Part shown: positions 27,623 to 37,582 of the stretch, one piece after another
Layout: each line of letters begins with the position of its first letter
Position numbering within the stretch: position 1 is the first letter of the stretch
Origin: Planctomycetota bacterium
GTDB lineage: Bacteria > Planctomycetota > GCA-002687715 > DRQF01
DNA length: 64,000 nt
Direction: 5' to 3'
NCBI GenBank assembly: GCA_027001995.1
Contig: JALTLO010000193.1
Span: 1 to 64,000, forward strand
Notes under the pieces: generated by a model
Told to the model about the DNA's origin: nothing
The model's database searches: none
Seen by the model: only the letters and a program-made list of their open reading frames with translations
Program-made: the position numbers and the translations under genes

Positions 27623-30046
27623 CTAAGGCCCCACACGTACTTCGCCATGATCGCCACCCAAGTATATTCGGTTCAATGTCCCGTAGCTCAAGGCATAGAA
27701 ATCAGTACTTGCAGAGATGACCTGGGGAGACCAAACCGTTGCGAAACCAGACATGTCAATGATCGTCCCGTTCGCGCCAACGATGAGTCGGTACTTATGA
27801 TTGAAGAGAGAAGCGTCCATGGCCCCCTCAACGGCATAGAGATTCTCAGTTGTGCCCGATGTTTGCTGACTCCAAGTGACACCGGCATCAACTGTGCGAA
27901 GTATGGTGCCGTTGTCGCCCACCGCCGTCCCTTCCTGGCTGCCCGCGAAGAAATAAACGTCATGAAGATCGACTGTCGTCCCAGAGGTTTGGGCCACCCA
28001 ATTGAGACCTCCATCAACGGTTCGAAGGATCGTCCCGTTATTGCCTACTGCCCAACCACGATTCAGATTGACGAAGCGAACCGCATTGAGGTTTTCCGTT
28101 GAACCAGAATTGAGCACGTTCCAGTTGAACGTATTAACGCTCCGAAGAATCGTCCCATTATCCCCCACAGCGAAGTACCGAACGACATTGGTCGTCAAGT
28201 TCGGGTCTTTCCCAAAGGCCACGTCATTGAGGTTTTCTGTGGTGTTGCTCACTTGAGCTACCCACTGATGATTGTTTGCCGCCTCTGCCACCAAAATAGT
28301 TCCGCCAGCCCCAACGACGAGGGCGCCCAATGAGGGCTCACCAATAACAGCATTAAGATCGGCTGTCGTCCCGGACGGCCGCTGGGTCCAAAAACCATTA
28401 TTAAAAGAAAGTGAGCTTCTCTCCCAGATCTGGCCACCGTCGCAAACAGCCCAACCAAAATCCGCACCAAAGAACTTCAAGTCGCGGACAATCTCCGTCG
28501 TAGGAATGCCGATGGTTGGCCATGCTTCAATTTCATTGTCAATAATGGTGACAACGACATCCTCGGAAGAAATCGTAGCCCCAGGGGAAACGCCAACCAA
28601 AGAAACACGAAACGTCTCATCTTCTTCAACAATCGCGTCATCCAAGATATTGATGGAAATTGTCTTAATCCCAGCCTCTCCGCTCGCCCAAGAAATCGTA
28701 CCAGTTCCGATGTAAGCAAAATCGATGCCTTCCTGAGCCGTCTCAGCGGTCACCACGAAGTCAACATCCACCGCCAAATCCGCGCCGTTGAAACGCCCAA
28801 TGCCGACATTCACCGTACTCGCGTTTTCATTCACCTCCTGGTGAGACAAAGCGAAGGCGATGTCCCCAAGACTCGGTGCACTCACATCACTGATATTGAT
28901 CCGAAACGTATTCCCCGTGTTGGAGGGGACAACATCTCCTGTAGGATTCACCAATTCCAATTCAATGGTCTCAGGGGGCTCAACTACGCCATCTTCCAGA
29001 ATAGAAAAAACCACAGACTTGGGCCCAACTTCCCCATCAGCCCATGTCACTGTTTCACCTAGAGAAGGAACATAGTTGGCTGAGTACAAGAAATCCGTTG
29101 GGGCAAACGCTGTACCAAGCCCCGTATCACGCACGTCCACAGTAGCAACGCCACCACTCCCCCCAGAGCGCACAAGGGTAACTGTGACATCATCACCCTC
29201 CATGACGTTGCCTATGGCTGAAAGAAACTTGATTTCACCTCCGACATCGTCATCAATGATCTCCAAGAAGTACGTTTTCCGAGTTCCAATTGCAGCCCCT
29301 CCCGTCGTCACGAAAATCTCAAGAACAACTTGCTCGCTCCCTTCCTTGAGGGTGTCGTCAAAGATCGACAGGTTGAGGAATTTGTCAGCGTCGTCCAGGG
29401 CCGCCCATGTGATAATCTGATTCATCACCGTGAAATCTGCCCCTTCAACAGCAAAACCACCAACAACAAGAACCTCGGCAGTCACGGAATCCAGGGCCCC
29501 AGCCGTGCGCGTAATCGGAATTCCAAGTGTCCCGGAAGTTTCGTCGACTATGCCGATTCCTTGGCCAAATTGAATGGCCCCTTGCGGAGGAGCATCGCTA
29601 TCAAGAATCTCCAAAGTGAGTCGAGTTTCATCACCCAAAGAGAGTCCAGGGGTGATGTTCGAAAGCTTCAACTCAATGGTCTCCGTCCCTTCAACAATGG
29701 CGTCGTCGAGCACGGTTCCAAGAACGAGCTGCTGGGTGGCGGAACCATCCGGAAACGTGACGAAATGGGTGGGGCCACCGTTCAGAGTGAAGTCCACACC
29801 TGGCAGGGCTGTGCCATCAACCACATCCACGCGCACCAAAGCAGTGCCGCGAGTTCCTTGACGCATGACATGGACAACAATATCCGAACTCCCAGAATCT
29901 TCCGGCAGAGCAAATTGGCTCGCTTGCACAAAAGAGGTGTTTCCAGAAATCGTGGTATTTGAGCCTGATGATCCGGAGCATCCCGTGAGCGCAAATGAGA
30001 TGACACAAGCAAACGCCACTTGGGCACAAAAGTGGAAGAGTTTCAT
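27623..30046 (-). CDS. Lipoprotein with four Calx-beta repeats and a C-terminal YCF48/BNR-like propeller
   Basis: Lipobox LTGC; repeated DD.IVE..E...L.L and ILDxD motifs; repeated AVGDNGTILRT.D.G..W..QTSGTT. Confidence 0.85.
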   Translation of the reverse strand: MKLFHFCAQVAFACVISFALTGCSGSSGSNTTISGNTSFVQASQFALPEDSGSSDIVVHVMRQGTRGTALVRVDVVDGTALPGVDFTLNGGPTHFVTFPDGSATQQLVLGTVLDDAIVEGTETIELKLSNITPGLSLGDETRLTLEILDSDAPPQGAIQFGQGIGIVDETSGTLGIPITRTAGALDSVTAEVLVVGGFAVEGADFTVMNQIITWAALDDADKFLNLSIFDDTLKEGSEQVVLEIFVTTGGAAIGTRKTYFLEIIDDDVGGEIKFLSAIGNVMEGDDVTVTLVRSGGSGGVATVDVRDTGLGTAFAPTDFLYSANYVPSLGETVTWADGEVGPKSVVFSILEDGVVEPPETIELELVNPTGDVVPSNTGNTFRINISDVSAPSLGDIAFALSHQEVNENASTVNVGIGRFNGADLAVDVDFVVTAETAQEGIDFAYIGTGTISWASGEAGIKTISINILDDAIVEEDETFRVSLVGVSPGATISSEDVVVTIIDNEIEAWPTIGIPTTEIVRDLKFFGADFGWAVCDGGQIWERSSLSFNNGFWTQRPSGTTADLNAVIGEPSLGALVVGAGGTILVAEAANNHQWVAQVSNTTENLNDVAFGKDPNLTTNVVRYFAVGDNGTILRSVNTFNWNVLNSGSTENLNAVRFVNLNRGWAVGNNGTILRTVDGGLNWVAQTSGTTVDLHDVYFFAGSQEGTAVGDNGTILRTVDAGVTWSQQTSGTTENLYAVEGAMDASLFNHKYRLIVGANGTIIDMSGFATVWSPQVISASTDFYALSYGTLNRIYLGGDHGEVRVGP

Positions 30047-30268
30047 AGATTTCCCCTGCTATACGGCTGACCCGGATCTCATAGACCGTCCAAGAACAAC
30101 TTCCGATGACGCTGCAGTCGACTGGGCACTATGGCCATGGTCCAATCTGACGCAATGTTAGGCACCAGAATGTGAAGTTATTGCTGAACACACCCTGAGT
30201 TCACTTCTCTCGGGGCCAAGGTACTCTTCATTTGCCCTTAACTGCAAGAAAATCTCTTTTGCCAACCA

Positions 30269-30285
30269 TGGCATAGAACATGCCA
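30269..30285. promoter_or_regulatory. Palindromic sigma-54-like motif
   Basis: TGGCATAGAACATGCCA gives GG-N10-GC on both strands; the minus-strand reading points toward the Calx-beta gene. Confidence 0.35.
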
Positions 30286-30367
30286 CCGAAATGCTCCCCT
30301 GCGCCCCGGATCGTGCAGATAAAACACGGCACAAGCAATGATCAAATGAGAAGACAGCAAGGACATC

Positions 30368-30404
30368 AAAAAACGGGCCCTGCGGTGAGATCGCAGAGCC
30401 CGTT
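30368..30404 (-). terminator. Rho-independent terminator
   Basis: A-run then AACGGGCCCTGCG...CGCAGAGCCCGTT stem, just downstream of the 30430 stop. Confidence 0.65.
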
Positions 30405-30429
30405 GCACTCAGTGAGTTGTGTACTTGGC

Positions 30430-32925
30430 TTAGAGAAGCGCGGAGATGCGCAAACGAACCATGTTCGTGATCCCCAGGCTCAATGGAGCAGAAGGATCAA
30501 TCACAATTCCTTGCAACTGAACATCGACTTCAAAGTTAAGCCCCAATGGGAAAGTTTCAGTCCAAGGAGTTCCCGTCGATCCCATGAGTCCTGCACAGAC
30601 ACTCGTCATCGAGTTATCTGTCAGCAAGAACAAACTCGGGTTCAATGGATCTGCCTCGCAGGGAGGGAAAGCCATCTTGCCGATACCAGCAGGGAAAGTG
30701 AAGGCCAGGGAAGGCGCTGGAGGAAGAGATGCACCCCAAACAATGAACTGAGACGAAAAGGCGTTGGTTGATGGTTGAAGCATGGAGAAGCTCAACGACT
30801 GACCAAAACCAAGGCCAACGGTCCGAGTTGGGCCACCGTTTGAGCCGTTGATCAAAAGGACTTGCTCTGGAGCGTTGTTGGCTCCTACGCCCACGGTACC
30901 CGCAGCGATTGTCTCAGAGAAATCGAGACAAGTGCTGACACGGATATTGTCTAAGCCTGCTTCAACAATCTCTTGATTACCGACATCGCTCACCAACAAA
31001 CGGAATTGGACCGTTGAGTTTGGTGTGACGAAATCGGAAACCCGAATATCACGAGCAGACCAACCACCCAGGCTCGAAGTGATGTTCTCAACTTGAACCC
31101 AAGCGCCACCATTGCTGATCTCAATTTGCATCGAATCGCTACCGCTCTTCGAATACCACAGATCAAAGGAAATACGAGCTTCAGTCAGTTCGAACATGTC
31201 ATAGACAGGGGAAGTCAAAATGGTCGTGCCATTATCGACATCGGAGTTAGATCCATTGGGATCGTTGTCCGTCAACCAGCATTGACCACTGCCATCGGAA
31301 TCTGAAGGAGGATCAAGGCGGTCATTGTTAACAGGAATCCCACGGTCCCACTGGCCATCTGTAGCATTTCCGGAGACGGTGAAACCCATGTTGGTTTCAG
31401 CGTTATCAGAAGAAAGGACTGCTGGCATTGTTGCGGAGACAGCACTATGGAAAGCAGCCGGGGCACCTTCCGGGTCTGTCAGTGCTGCGCCACCACCCAA
31501 AGGTGCGATAGACACGTACCAATCAAGGGTAGAGCCACAGGGCAATGCTGGGAAAGAGCCTTCAAAATCACCACCACCCAAATCAGTCATCGCAGATGGC
31601 GTGAAACCACCACCATTGACACTGACAAAAATTTGAGCTGTGGAAGCATCTGGAGCGCCACCCAAGTTGGATGTACCAACAACAACCGTGGTGGAACCAT
31701 CATCTGCGATCGATGTAGGCAAGCCATTTGGATAGTTGAAAGTAAACGCTGCAGGAGCAAACGAAACAGTCAAAGTTGGCTGAGCCCCTGGTTTGAATAG
31801 ATGCAAAGTGGCATCCCCAGCGGCAACGTCGGTAGTGAAGCGGAAGTTGTAAAGAGTACCCCACCGAAGAGCGTTGGCATTCGGGTTTGTGGCGAAGTCA
31901 TCTGTCGTCCAAGTGACGGTTCCGCCACTCACAGATGTCGCCCAGTCGGTACCAGAGAATGGCTCACCGCTGTGATAATCAACATCGTGAAAACCAATGT
32001 TGGTGATTGTTGCGCCAGGAGCAGTTGGCACTTCAAATTTGAATGCGCTGCGATCGGAAGTCTGGTTGTGAATGGCATACTCATAAGTAAAAGTGCCATT
32101 ACCGTTGTCGGTCAAAAGAAGACCGACGTTAAAGCGACCATCGCCGACGATGTCGTAAGACTTGATCTGAACGTTTGGATCAGCAGCCTGCCATGCGTAG
32201 ATGGCTGGCTCTCCCCGCTGAGTAGAACCAGTCAGCGACAAATTGTAATTGCTACCAGATGAGAGTGTGAAATTTCCGGGACGCCAAGAAGCGCTGTTGG
32301 CTGAGTTACCGTCGGAAGAATCATCGTGAGCTACGTATTGAGCTTCAATGAAATACTGAGCCCCAGCGATGCCCAAGTCTGCACTCTTGATTTGCAGGCG
32401 TTTGTAGATGCTGTTGCCCGTGACACCATCACCCGTGTAAGGCCACAGGTAGAAACCAGAAGCCGCATTGACTTCGAACTTGGGGCCCAAACCACCTTGG
32501 GAACCATTGAGGCTTGATCCATAGGGATCAGAGCAACCAACACCCAAGCTTGTTGTGGGAGTTGTCTGGCAGGTACTGCAAAGACCACCATTCAGCGCCA
32601 AGAAACCATGCTTCAACCAAGACTGTCCGATTTGAACAAAACGGTTGTTGTAGAGGCGGTATGCATTCTGACCAATCACCGGGTGAAGATTGGTGTTATC
32701 GATCCAGTCGAGAGGCGTATCACCAATGTTGCACGAAGTCGTGCCACAGGAGAATGCGTCGATAGATCCGACAGCAGAGTAGTTTGTAGTACCAACGATG
32801 TCGCCAACGATAACGTCAGCTCCCGTAGTTGTGCCGCCATCCCACTGGGCGTTTGCAGACGGTGTCGACATAGCGACAAGCATCATGCACACGAGCAACG
32901 AGGGCAGTACCGCGAGATTCTTCAT
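30430..32925 (-). CDS. Large secreted multidomain protein of a planctomycete-associated family
   Basis: Signal peptide; DVIVGD..GTTSCNIG..HPVIGQN..QIGQSWLKHGF..GCSDPY domain, followed by beta-sandwich/MAM-like regions. Confidence 0.75.
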   Translation of the reverse strand: MKNLAVLPSLLVCMMLVAMSTPSANAQWDGGTTTGADVIVGDIVGTTNYSAVGSIDAFSCGTTSCNIGDTPLDWIDNTNLHPVIGQNAYRLYNNRFVQIGQSWLKHGFLALNGGLCSTCQTTPTTSLGVGCSDPYGSSLNGSQGGLGPKFEVNAASGFYLWPYTGDGVTGNSIYKRLQIKSADLGIAGAQYFIEAQYVAHDDSSDGNSANSASWRPGNFTLSSGSNYNLSLTGSTQRGEPAIYAWQAADPNVQIKSYDIVGDGRFNVGLLLTDNGNGTFTYEYAIHNQTSDRSAFKFEVPTAPGATITNIGFHDVDYHSGEPFSGTDWATSVSGGTVTWTTDDFATNPNANALRWGTLYNFRFTTDVAAGDATLHLFKPGAQPTLTVSFAPAAFTFNYPNGLPTSIADDGSTTVVVGTSNLGGAPDASTAQIFVSVNGGGFTPSAMTDLGGGDFEGSFPALPCGSTLDWYVSIAPLGGGAALTDPEGAPAAFHSAVSATMPAVLSSDNAETNMGFTVSGNATDGQWDRGIPVNNDRLDPPSDSDGSGQCWLTDNDPNGSNSDVDNGTTILTSPVYDMFELTEARISFDLWYSKSGSDSMQIEISNGGAWVQVENITSSLGGWSARDIRVSDFVTPNSTVQFRLLVSDVGNQEIVEAGLDNIRVSTCLDFSETIAAGTVGVGANNAPEQVLLINGSNGGPTRTVGLGFGQSLSFSMLQPSTNAFSSQFIVWGASLPPAPSLAFTFPAGIGKMAFPPCEADPLNPSLFLLTDNSMTSVCAGLMGSTGTPWTETFPLGLNFEVDVQLQGIVIDPSAPLSLGITNMVRLRISALL

Positions 32926-33159
32926 GAATGCGGGCTCCAAGATCAATTTTTGAATAGCAAATGGCAAATGTTGAATTAGGAGTATTTCTACCCGATTCAG
33001 AGCATTTCTGGGAGTAATTTGTTGATTCTATGAAAGAAATTGATGAGGAATTTCCACCGATAAGCCAAATAAGTCCCTAAACCCACTCTATTCGCGACCT
33101 TGAGACCGCCTCAAACTGGAGAGCGCCAAGAAGATGAAAGATAAACGGAAATCACCTCG

Positions 33160-34161
33160 CTATTTGGCGCTAACCCGTCCGCGGTATTTGACTTCAAACA
33201 TGTGGTACCCCGGCTCATCGATACCTATCTGGATAACCCCGCGGATTTCTTTATCCCCTACTTTGGGCGTGATCGACACGGCGACGCGGGAACTTTTCCC
33301 TTCTTGGATGACTTCAGACTTGAGGGAGACACGAGGGTCCTTGCAAAAGACCGTGGCGACTCGCATCCCCGTCCCTCGTTTCTTGGTCACGACAATCTCG
33401 CCTGTCCAAGTTTCGCCCACTTTCATCGTCGGGAGACGCAAAACCTGAGGGCTCACCTCAGTCGCGGTGACAACCCGACCCATGACCCGAAATCCCCGAA
33501 AACGAAATGGTGCGTAGTCAGTTTCAATTCGAACAATGCCTTCAAAATCACCGGTGGAGAGCTTTCCACCTAAGGACACGTCCAAATGCCAACCATGAAC
33601 GCCGTCTTTGTTCTTGAAGGGAGTCTTCTTGACTTTGATTTGGCCATCGCTGGGATCAAAAAGGACATCAACCAGCTCCAGTTGAGTCCCAGGACGAATC
33701 ATGACCGAAACTCGCTTTGTCGTAGTTGAACCGTTCTCAACCTCGCCGAAGTCCAACACCAAACCCTTGAGGCTCAACCACCAGATCGGCTGGATAAACC
33801 CGGTCATCGGAAGTTTTGCCTGAGGAGTGTAAGGGTCATCGGAATGAATGATGACGAATTTCTTCACCTCTCCCACACCACGTTTGGCAATCAAATGGAG
33901 ATTCAGATTAACGGTCTCTTTGGGCTGAATGACCATTTTATCGAGAGTGGCTTCAATGCAGCCACAGGTGAGCTCTATTTTCTTGACGTGAACAGCCCTG
34001 GTCCCGGCATTTGTCACTTGGATAACTTTGGAAGCGTCCTGGGTCTGGTCTCGTTTACCGAAATCCCAGCCAGTTTCGCTAAACTTGAGGAATGACTGGG
34101 CAGTAACTGCCGACAGGCAAACAAGCAGAAAGAGAATTGAAGTCAGGGCGGTTTTCATCAT
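33160..34161 (-). CDS. DUF1573 domain (Ig-like) secreted protein
   Basis: WDFG...VTNAG...TCGC...IQPKET...SDDP pattern with repeated Ig-like units. Confidence 0.8.
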   Translation of the reverse strand: MMKTALTSILFLLVCLSAVTAQSFLKFSETGWDFGKRDQTQDASKVIQVTNAGTRAVHVKKIELTCGCIEATLDKMVIQPKETVNLNLHLIAKRGVGEVKKFVIIHSDDPYTPQAKLPMTGFIQPIWWLSLKGLVLDFGEVENGSTTTKRVSVMIRPGTQLELVDVLFDPSDGQIKVKKTPFKNKDGVHGWHLDVSLGGKLSTGDFEGIVRIETDYAPFRFRGFRVMGRVVTATEVSPQVLRLPTMKVGETWTGEIVVTKKRGTGMRVATVFCKDPRVSLKSEVIQEGKSSRVAVSITPKVGDKEIRGVIQIGIDEPGYHMFEVKYRGRVSAK

Positions 34162-34252
34162 GGTTATAGCTCTCGGTCAAGATACGTTCAGCTTAGTCGA
34201 TTCGCGAGCAGGGCCAAAATCTTCCCTTTTCTTTGCTGGACAAGCTGGGTTT

Positions 34253-35077
34253 TCATGCCCACCACACATGATCTTGAGAATCGGACCGCCTAGCCAAACT
34301 CAGAGCCCCCCAATGGGCCTGACGCCATGGGTCTTGCAGGACCAAATGGGGGAAGTCCTGAGACAAACGCTCTGTGAAGGCTGTTCGTACAACGGAGGAA
34401 TGCAGGATAAGGCCCCCTTCAGTCACCAGCGGCCCAGGATCCGGAGCCAATTCGACCAAAAGCCTGACCAAATGACTGGCACAGCTACGTAAAAGGTCAA
34501 TAGCGCCCTCATGGCCAGCTCTCGCCATGGATTCGACCCAAGGCCCAATTTCGAAATCTGTCAATGAACGATCAAGTTGCCGGCCGAACGCCATTTTCGC
34601 TTGCTGAGCCAGCCAACGCCCAGACCCAGGGTCGCCCCCAGGGCAGCCAAAACCACCGGCACGAATAAGACCACCCGTGGCCCTTCGTCCCGCAGCGATA
34701 GCCCCCGTACCAGCAATAAGCACAGAAACGGGCCCGCTCTCAACTGCCGCTTCCAACACTGATTCAGCGTCACTACACACAAAAACATCGCAAAAGAATC
34801 GACGAGACAAAGAGTCGATCATGGTTTCCCGCAAGTCTGGCCGCCCAGCCCCGGCAATGCCACAGGCAATGCGACGAAGAGATATGGGGCCCAAACGTTT
34901 GAGAAGGCCCTCGATCGTCGATTCAATAACCATCAAACTGTGATCAATCCCCATGCGAATAGGATTCGCCGATTGGGGAATCTCAAAAGTCGTAACGGCT
35001 ATATCATGCTGATAAGCGTGGGCACGAACACGACTTCCTCCGGCGTCTACAACAACATCGATTTTCTGTGTACTCAT
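34253..35077 (-). CDS. BadF/BadG/BcrA/BcrD ATPase family, N-acetylglucosamine-kinase-like
   Basis: VDAGGS, GIAGAG, SDA, LIAGTGAIA and RAGGFG..GDPGSG motifs. Confidence 0.8.
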   Translation of the reverse strand: MSTQKIDVVVDAGGSRVRAHAYQHDIAVTTFEIPQSANPIRMGIDHSLMVIESTIEGLLKRLGPISLRRIACGIAGAGRPDLRETMIDSLSRRFFCDVFVCSDAESVLEAAVESGPVSVLIAGTGAIAAGRRATGGLIRAGGFGCPGGDPGSGRWLAQQAKMAFGRQLDRSLTDFEIGPWVESMARAGHEGAIDLLRSCASHLVRLLVELAPDPGPLVTEGGLILHSSVVRTAFTERLSQDFPHLVLQDPWRQAHWGALSLARRSDSQDHVWWA

Positions 35078-35811
35078 AGGGCAGCGCTCATGATTTGTTG
35101 AGCCACAAAGTCCTCATCATAGTCTGTTGCTTCCACAGTCAGGTGAGATTTGGCATAGAATGTTTCCCGAGCCGCCATCATCTCGCGCAATTTGGCCTTT
35201 GTGGTGGGGGCCCCTCTCCTGCCTGACGTCGGTTGCTTAACCATGATTCCTTCCCAGTGACGATCAATATCAACCTTGACCCAAACGGTAAAACAACTGG
35301 ACAACAACCTCTCCCACGTTTGTCGACGATGAAAAAGAAGAGCACCGGTCACCATAATACTGTCGCCATCTCGAATCAGATAGTCTTCCAAGACTTGGGC
35401 TTCTAACTGCCTGAGCCTCTCCCCCGTGACTTGGGGCGATGGAAAACCATGGGGACTTTCGACTTTGTCAATGAGACGGCGTTCCAATTCCACCAAAGGT
35501 CTCTCCAAAGCCAAGGCTAGTTTCCTGCCGATCTTGCCATGAAAATCTTGATCCATTCCCACCAAAGCGATGCGACGACCCCGGCGGTCTTCCAAAGGCA
35601 GATCACAAAGGTCTGCCAAACCGATTCTCAGGGCCCGGGAGATCCCTGCCAGCTTAATAATACTTGGGTTTGCCCGCCCGGCTTCCGTTTCCGTCATATA
35701 GCGTCGAGAAAGCTCTGAACGCTCTGCCAGTTCAGACAAACTAAACCCTCGGCGTTCTCGATGACGCCGAATCCGTTTGCCAAGCTCAGAAAGAAACCAT
35801 TTCTCGTTCAT
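35074..35811 (-). CDS. boxR: BoxR/BzdR-like regulator (XRE HTH plus shikimate-kinase-like domain)
   Basis: N-terminal HTH (LSELAERSELSRRY..E.GRANPS), C-terminal shikimate-kinase-like domain, divergent from boxC. Confidence 0.8.
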   Translation of the reverse strand: MNEKWFLSELGKRIRRHRERRGFSLSELAERSELSRRYMTETEAGRANPSIIKLAGISRALRIGLADLCDLPLEDRRGRRIALVGMDQDFHGKIGRKLALALERPLVELERRLIDKVESPHGFPSPQVTGERLRQLEAQVLEDYLIRDGDSIMVTGALLFHRRQTWERLLSSCFTVWVKVDIDRHWEGIMVKQPTSGRRGAPTTKAKLREMMAARETFYAKSHLTVEATDYDEDFVAQQIMSAAL

Positions 35812-35868
35812 GTGGGCACTATACTGCCCACATGTTCTTGTTCAACCATTTTTTGAGCAATATCATGC
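35809..35868. promoter_or_regulatory. Two GCA-N6-TGC operator candidates between boxR and boxC
   Basis: Perfect inverted repeat CATGTGGGCA-CTATAC-TGCCCACATG at 35809-35834 and GCA-ATATCA-TGC at 35857-35868. Confidence 0.6.
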
Positions 35869-35933
35869 CCACCCAACGGCCACAAGAAAGAGCAAGCGCT
35901 CCCCTGGCCTCGAACCAGACAAAGGAAATGAAC

Positions 35934-37577
35934 ATGCCAGAATCGATCAACTTCGAGACCGAACCGTCGAAGTACCGCCATTGGCACCTCACAGTTGATG
36001 GTGACCGAGCTCGCTTAGACCTGAATGTCCAAGAGTCAGAAGGCCTGCGCGACGACTACGTGCTGAAAATGAACTCATATGACTTGGGAGTCGACATTGA
36101 ATTGGCAGACGCCCTCCAGCGCCTCCGCTTCGAGCATCCTCAAGTCAAAGTCGTCATCTTAGGCGGTGTGATGGACCGCATTTTCTGCGCCGGAGCCAAT
36201 ATCCAAATGCTCCGCAGCTCGACCCATGCCTTCAAAGTGAACTTCTGCAAATTCACCAACGAAACTCGTCTCTACATTGAAGACGCCAGCGAAAACAGCG
36301 ACATGCGTTTCCTATGCGCCCTCCATGGGACTGCATCAGGTGGAGGTTATGAGCTAGCCATGGCGGCGGACAAGATTCTTCTTGTTGACGACCGTTCCAG
36401 CGCTGTTTCCTTCCCAGAGACCCCCCTCTTGGGTGTGCTTCCTGGAACTGGTGGCCTCACCCGCTTGGTCGATAAGAGAAAAGTGCGCCGAGACCGTGCA
36501 GACATTTTCTCTACCATCGCAGAAGGCATCAAAGGCAAGCGCGCAGTGGAATGGAACTTAGTGGACGCATTAGCGCCACTTTCGACATTCGACGAAAAAG
36601 TCAAAGAATTTGCCGACACTATGGCAACTGAATTGCCAGAGAAAAGCGACCGCGTTGGCATTGCCCTCAAGCCGATTACGCCCACGGCCAATGGCGAGAA
36701 TCTGTCCTACAAATACGTCGACGTCGCCATTCAAAATGATGGTCGAGTTGCAGCGATCACGATGACCTTGCCAGAGAATGCCACCCAGCCAGAAACTGGC
36801 GATGCTGCCCGTGAGTTGGGGTCTGACTGGTGGGTGCTTCAACTGTTCCGCGAGCTCGATGATGCCCTTCTTCGCCTCCGAGTTAACCGCGACTTGGTGG
36901 GTGTCATCACTTTGCACACCCGAGGTTCTGTCGCTGACGCCCTCACAATGGACGACACCCTGGAGGCCCTCAAGGACCACTGGTTTGTGAATGAAGTGCG
37001 CCACCAGATCAAACGTGTCCTTAAACGCCTGGACCTCACGGCCAAGAGTCTCTTTGCCATTGCAGACGAAGGATCTTGCTTTGCAGGCACCTTCTTAGAG
37101 ATCTTGCTTTCCGCTGATCGCAGCTACGTCCTGAACGATCCAGACTTCCCAGTCAGCCTGGGTGTGAGCCAACTCAACGGCGGCCTCTACCCCATGTCAA
37201 ATGGCATCACACGGTTAGAAACACGCTTCCTCGGCACCCCAGATCAAGTAGGACGAATCCTGGAAGCCGCCGGAAGTTTCGATGCAGAAACAGCAGACGA
37301 ATTAGGCTTGGCAACCAGCGCCCCAGACGAAATTGACTGGGAAGATGAGTTACGTGTAGCCATCGAAGAACGCACCTGCTTCTCCCCAGATGCTCTAACA
37401 GGCATGGAGGCCAACCTTCGATTCGCTGGTCCAGAAACAATGGAAACCAAGATTTTCGGGCGCTTGAGCGCTTGGCAAAATTGGATTTTCCAACGTCCCA
37501 ATGCCGTAGGTGAACGCGGAGCGCTCACCTGCTATGGCACACCCAACCGCCCCGAGTACAACTACCAAAGGACTTGA
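35934..37577 (+). CDS. boxC: 2,3-epoxybenzoyl-CoA dihydrolase (benzoyl-CoA-dihydrodiol lyase)
   Basis: KMNSYDLGVDIELADALQRLRFEHP, HAFKVNFCKFTNETR and ETKIFGRLSAWQNWIFQRPNAVG. Confidence 0.95.
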   Translation: MPESINFETEPSKYRHWHLTVDGDRARLDLNVQESEGLRDDYVLKMNSYDLGVDIELADALQRLRFEHPQVKVVILGGVMDRIFCAGANIQMLRSSTHAFKVNFCKFTNETRLYIEDASENSDMRFLCALHGTASGGGYELAMAADKILLVDDRSSAVSFPETPLLGVLPGTGGLTRLVDKRKVRRDRADIFSTIAEGIKGKRAVEWNLVDALAPLSTFDEKVKEFADTMATELPEKSDRVGIALKPITPTANGENLSYKYVDVAIQNDGRVAAITMTLPENATQPETGDAARELGSDWWVLQLFRELDDALLRLRVNRDLVGVITLHTRGSVADALTMDDTLEALKDHWFVNEVRHQIKRVLKRLDLTAKSLFAIADEGSCFAGTFLEILLSADRSYVLNDPDFPVSLGVSQLNGGLYPMSNGITRLETRFLGTPDQVGRILEAAGSFDAETADELGLATSAPDEIDWEDELRVAIEERTCFSPDALTGMEANLRFAGPETMETKIFGRLSAWQNWIFQRPNAVGERGALTCYGTPNRPEYNYQRT

Positions 37578-37582
37578 TCATC

